A stretch of 40,226 nucleotides of DNA from Candidatus Methylomirabilota bacterium (GTDB lineage: Bacteria > Methylomirabilota > Methylomirabilia > Rokubacteriales > CSP1-6): contig JBKPAK010000144.1 in NCBI GenBank assembly GCA_046726415.1, positions 1 to 40,226 of the forward strand, in the 5' to 3' direction. A model generated the notes under the pieces. The model was given only the letters and a program-made list of their open reading frames with translations. It searched no databases and was not told where the DNA came from. This document shows, in pieces, positions 36,106 to 40,226 of the stretch (position 1 is its first letter; the number at the start of each line of letters is the position of its first letter). A program made the position numbers and the translations under genes.

Positions 36106-37086
36106 ATGACCCCGATCAAGCATCGTAAGGTGGAGACGAACGGCATCCGCATGCACCTCGCCGAGCAGGGAGCGGGCCCCGTGGTCGTCCTCTGCCACGG
36201 CTTCCCCGAGTCTTGGTACTCCTGGCGCCACCAGCTACCGGCGCTCGCGGAGGCCGGGTTCCACGCGGTCGCGCCCGACATGCGCGGCTACGGGCAGACC
36301 GACCGGCCCGAGGCGATCGAGGCGTACACGCTCTTCCACCTCGTTGGCGACATGGTGGGTTTGCTCGACGCCCTGGGCGCGGAGTCAGCCGTCATTGCCG
36401 GTCATGATTGGGGCGCGCCGGTCGCCTGGCACGCAGCGCTGCTGCGTGCCGACCGCTTTCGCGCCGTGATCGGCCTCAGCGTCCCCTACCGTCCGCGGGG
36501 AGCCGTCCGTCCGACCACCGTCATGCCGCAGACCGACAACGCGCTCTTCTACCAGCTCTATTTCCAAACGCCAGGGGTGGCCGAAGCGGAACTCGAGCGC
36601 GACCCTCGCCTCACGATACGCCGGCTCTCGTACTCCGGCTCGGGGGACGTTCCACGGCGCGAGGGGACCATCGCCAATCCCGAGGCCGTCGGGATGGTGC
36701 CGCGCGATGGCGGCTTCCTCAGCCGCACCGTAGAACCAGGTACCTTGCCACCGTGGCTCACCGAGGCCGACATCGACTTCTACACCCAGGAGTTTGGGCG
36801 GACGGGCTTTCGCGGAGGGCTCAACTGGTACCGCAATATCGACCGCAACTGGGAGCTGCTCGCGCCCTTCGCAGGCGCGCGGGTGACCGTTCCCGCGCTG
36901 TACGTCGCCGGCGACCGGGATCTCGTGGTTGCCTTCCCGGGGATGGATCAGCTCATTGCCAACCTATCGAGGTTTGTTCCCGACCTCCGAAAGACGCTCA
37001 TGCTGCCCGGCTGCGGTCACTGGACCCAGCAGGAGCGACCGAAGGAGGTCAGTGCCGCGATGGTTGACTTCCTCAGGAGCCTGTAG
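36106..37086 (+). CDS. Epoxide hydrolase (alpha/beta hydrolase, EphA/soluble EH-like)
   Basis: HGFP oxyanion motif, nucleophile GHDWG, lid tyrosines 'FYQLYF' and 'NWYRN', and 'GCGHWTQQE'. Confidence 0.92.
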   Translation: MTPIKHRKVETNGIRMHLAEQGAGPVVVLCHGFPESWYSWRHQLPALAEAGFHAVAPDMRGYGQTDRPEAIEAYTLFHLVGDMVGLLDALGAESAVIAGHDWGAPVAWHAALLRADRFRAVIGLSVPYRPRGAVRPTTVMPQTDNALFYQLYFQTPGVAEAELERDPRLTIRRLSYSGSGDVPRREGTIANPEAVGMVPRDGGFLSRTVEPGTLPPWLTEADIDFYTQEFGRTGFRGGLNWYRNIDRNWELLAPFAGARVTVPALYVAGDRDLVVAFPGMDQLIANLSRFVPDLRKTLMLPGCGHWTQQERPKEVSAAMVDFLRSL

Positions 37087-37103
37087 CCCCAAGCGAAGCG
37101 CGC

Positions 37104-40100
37104 TCAGGGGCGGCGCTTCGGTACGACGGCGGCCACCCCACCCTCGCGGCAGAGCGCGTTGAAGTGCGCGACATCGTCGGCCAGGCACCGGTCGAGCTTG
37201 GCCAGCTCCATCTCGCTCCGGAGCGCGAGACTCTCGTGAAGCTCGCGAAGCGCGATGGTGGGGGCGGCGTCGGCGTATTCGATGAGGGTCACGATGGTGG
37301 CGATCCGCGTGTTGAGTTTCGCCGGGAACACGCGAGGGTCCTCGGAGCGGGTCTGGATCAGCTCGCCCTCGATCGAGGTGAGCTTCCGCGCGAGCGCGGT
37401 GGCGGCCTCCCGGATGGCCCCCGTCTGCACTCGGCCCGCCCACGCCTCCGCCTGAGCACGGACGTCGCGGAGCAACAGGACGGCGTCGTGCACGCGCTTC
37501 AAGAGATCGTGAGCCTTCTTCGCCCAGGTGAACTGCTCATGGAGTTCGACCTCCGTGGCCGGCAGGCGCGGGTCCTTGACGATCTCGAACGCCTGCGTCA
37601 GCGTCCGGCCGCCCACACTGAGTCGCACCTGGTAGGCCCCGGGGGGAACGCGTGGCCCCGCGAGCATGTCGATGCTCCCGCCCCGGCCCTTGTTGTCCGG
37701 CAGCCTCGTCGCCTCGGCGCCCCGGAGGTTCCAGACGAAGCGGTTGGCCCCGGCGTTCGCGGTCGGGCGAAGCTCGTCGTCGGCCGCGGTGGCTGATGCC
37801 TCTTGCCCCGGACGGGGCTCCTCACCCCCACCGGCGCCGGCCGACGAGTCGGTGCTCGAGCCGTCCGGCACTGCCTCGGGCCGGCGGCTCGTGAACGACC
37901 GGATCTCACCCCCGTCGGCGTCGAGGAAGGTGACGATGACGTCGTCCGCCGGCGCGTCCTTCAACCAGTAGTGGATGATCGCGCCGCTCGGGGGGTTTTC
38001 CCCGGCGTCGAGGAGCCGCTCCTGCTTCTCGCCCGTCGGCGACTCCACCTGTCGATAGGCATAGCCCACCGAGCCCGCCAGGCGGTACGCGACTTCGCGA
38101 TGAGGGCCGGGCTTCATGCCGTGCCCTTTGTAGGCGCGCCACCGCACGGTCCGACGCGGTGCGAAGAGATGAGCGCCCGCCGCGGTGATCGCCTCCGCCA
38201 TCTGGTGCAGTGGCGAGAGGTCGTCGAGGATCCAGAACGAGCGGCCGTGCGTCGCCACCACCAGGTCCGTGTCCTTCACGATGAGGTCGTGGATCGGCGT
38301 CACCGGCAGGTTCCCGCGCAGCGGCTGCCAGGAGCCGCCGTCGTCGAGTGACACCCACACGCCAGACTCGGTGCCGCAGTAGAGCAGCCCGCGCCGGTTC
38401 GGATCCTCGCGCACGACCCGCGTGATCTCACCGTCGGGCAGTCCCGCGGAGATGCGCTTCCAGGTGCGGCCGTAGTCGCTGGTCTTGAAGAGGTACGGTC
38501 GGGTGTCGTCGAGCTTGTACCGCGTCGCCGCGAGGTAGCACGTGGCCGCGTCGTGCGGCGATGGCTCGAGCACGCTCACCAGGGACCACTCCGGCAGCTC
38601 CGGCGGCGTCACCGGCTGCCAGGTCCGCCCGCGGTCGCGGGAGAGATGAACGAGGCCGTCGTCGGTGCCGGCCCACAGCACATCGCGCTCGTGCGGCGAC
38701 TCGACGAGGGCGAAGATCGTGCAGTAGATCTCGGCTCCCGTGTTATCGCGGGTGATGGGACCGCCTGACAGGCCGAGCTTGGCGGGGTCGTGGCGAGTGA
38801 GATCGGGGCTCACGACTTCCCAGCGGTGGCCCTCGTCGACGGAGCGGAACACCCGGTTGCCGGCGATCCACAGCTCGCGCGGGTCCCAGCGAGAGTAAAA
38901 GACCGGGAATGTCCATTGGAAGCGGTAGCGGTGCTCGGCGGGCGCCACGCCCATGCCATACGCCTCGGGCCAGACGCTGATGATGCGCTCCTGCCCGCTG
39001 CGGTGGTCGTAGTGGACGAGCCGACCCATGCCGGGCCCCGTGCCGATCGAGCCGCCCACCACGATGTTCGGGTCGCCTGGCTTCACGGCGATGTAGCCGC
39101 TCTCACCGCCGCCGGGCTGGACCCAGTCGATCATGGTGATGGCGCCGCGGTGGGATTGGCTCGGCAGGCTGATGGCCCAGTTGTCTTGCTGGGAGCCGTA
39201 GATCCGATACGGCTGCTGGTCGTCCGCGCAGACGTGATAGAACTGCGCGGTGGGCTGGTTGTAGATCGTCGACCACGAGTCCGCGCCGTTGAACGTCACG
39301 CAGGCGCCGCCGTCGTTGCCCTCGATCATCCGGCGCGGGTTGGCGGGATCGATCCAGAGATCGTGGTTGTCGCCGTGCGGCGTGGCCACCTCCGCGAACG
39401 TCTTGCCGCCATCGATCGACTTCCAGAGGGCGTAGTCGGCGACCCAGACCGTGTTCGGGTCGGCGGGATCGGCGAAGACGTGCATGTAGTACCACGGGCG
39501 CCCGCGAAGCCCGGGCTCCTCGCTGCACCGCTGCCAGGTGGCGCCCGCGTCGTCGGAGCGGAAGAGAGCGCCGTCCTCGGCCTCGATGACGGCGTAGACG
39601 CGGCGGCCGTCGGCCGGGGAGACGGCCACGCCGATCCGCCCCAGGATGCCGCGCGGCAGACCCGGGTTCCGGCCGATGTCGGTCCAGGTGTCGCCGCCGT
39701 CGTCCGATTTCCACAGCGACGAATCGGGACCGCCGCTGGTCATGCTCCACGGTGTGCGCTGAGCCTGCCAGACGGCGGCGTATAGCACGCGCGGATTGCC
39801 GGCGTCCATGGAGAGGTCGATAGCCCCGGCCCCCTCGCTCCGGAACAGCACGTGCTCCCAGGAGACACCGCCGTTGCGCGAGCGGAACACGCCGCGCTCG
39901 CGGTGGGGACCCCACGCGTGGCCAAGCGCCGCCACGTACACGAGCTGCGAGTCGCGCGGGTGGACCCGGATGCGGCCGATGTGGCGCGTGTCCCGGAGCC
40001 CCACGTTGGTCCACTGGCGGCCACCGTCAGTGGAGCGGTAGACGCCGTCGCCGTGCGACACGTTGCCCCGGATGCAGGCCTCGCCCGTCCCCGCGTAGAC

Positions 40101-40226
40101 GACGTTAGGGTCGGACGGCGCGATGGCGAGCGCACCGACGGCGGCCGTGGCAAAGAAGCCGTCGGAAACGTTCTCCCAGTAGGTGCCGCCGTCGGTGGTC
40201 TTCCAGACGCCGCCGGCGCAGGCGCC
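37104..40226 (-). CDS. BNR/Asp-box (VPS10/sialidase-like) beta-propeller glycosyl hydrolase-like protein (5' partial)
   Basis: Many SxDxGxTW Asp boxes, 'QPTAQFYHV' and 'ATHGRSFWILDD'; frame stays open to the window end. Confidence 0.88.
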   Translation of the reverse strand, partial: GACAGGVWKTTDGGTYWENVSDGFFATAAVGALAIAPSDPNVVYAGTGEACIRGNVSHGDGVYRSTDGGRQWTNVGLRDTRHIGRIRVHPRDSQLVYVAALGHAWGPHRERGVFRSRNGGVSWEHVLFRSEGAGAIDLSMDAGNPRVLYAAVWQAQRTPWSMTSGGPDSSLWKSDDGGDTWTDIGRNPGLPRGILGRIGVAVSPADGRRVYAVIEAEDGALFRSDDAGATWQRCSEEPGLRGRPWYYMHVFADPADPNTVWVADYALWKSIDGGKTFAEVATPHGDNHDLWIDPANPRRMIEGNDGGACVTFNGADSWSTIYNQPTAQFYHVCADDQQPYRIYGSQQDNWAISLPSQSHRGAITMIDWVQPGGGESGYIAVKPGDPNIVVGGSIGTGPGMGRLVHYDHRSGQERIISVWPEAYGMGVAPAEHRYRFQWTFPVFYSRWDPRELWIAGNRVFRSVDEGHRWEVVSPDLTRHDPAKLGLSGGPITRDNTGAEIYCTIFALVESPHERDVLWAGTDDGLVHLSRDRGRTWQPVTPPELPEWSLVSVLEPSPHDAATCYLAATRYKLDDTRPYLFKTSDYGRTWKRISAGLPDGEITRVVREDPNRRGLLYCGTESGVWVSLDDGGSWQPLRGNLPVTPIHDLIVKDTDLVVATHGRSFWILDDLSPLHQMAEAITAAGAHLFAPRRTVRWRAYKGHGMKPGPHREVAYRLAGSVGYAYRQVESPTGEKQERLLDAGENPPSGAIIHYWLKDAPADDVIVTFLDADGGEIRSFTSRRPEAVPDGSSTDSSAGAGGGEEPRPGQEASATAADDELRPTANAGANRFVWNLRGAEATRLPDNKGRGGSIDMLAGPRVPPGAYQVRLSVGGRTLTQAFEIVKDPRLPATEVELHEQFTWAKKAHDLLKRVHDAVLLLRDVRAQAEAWAGRVQTGAIREAATALARKLTSIEGELIQTRSEDPRVFPAKLNTRIATIVTLIEYADAAPTIALRELHESLALRSEMELAKLDRCLADDVAHFNALCREGGVAAVVPKRRP

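Overview
A 40 kb, high-GC, gene-dense bacterial chromosome segment from a diderm organism (it carries a TolC fragment, TRAP transporter and lipoproteins). The gene content and repeat style suggest Ca. Rokubacteria/Methylomirabilota, but that is inference only. The window holds about 44 mostly metabolic genes: a CoxL/M/S-type molybdenum hydroxylase with a non-form-I motif, three F420-type oxidoreductases, three amidohydrolases, SDRs, a TRAP system, purE, an argR-GNAT-argD operon with tandem ARG boxes, a MetE-core/epoxyalkane:CoM-transferase-like gene paired with an epoxide hydrolase, a HerA-like ATPase and a partial BNR/VPS10 beta-propeller. I found no rRNA, tRNA, CRISPR array, transposase or prophage. 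The non-obvious signals are: (1) short tandem duplications (21-33 bp) at four gene junctions that copy RBS/start or gene-end sequence, one creating a coupled uORF; (2) a dispersed two-hairpin REP-like family in three copies; (3) three genes each broken by a single lesion (one in-frame amber, two 1-bp frameshifts) plus two gene remnants; (4) the same 10-bp overlapping -10 motif in two divergent intergenic regions. Product calls come from motif recognition, not database searches.
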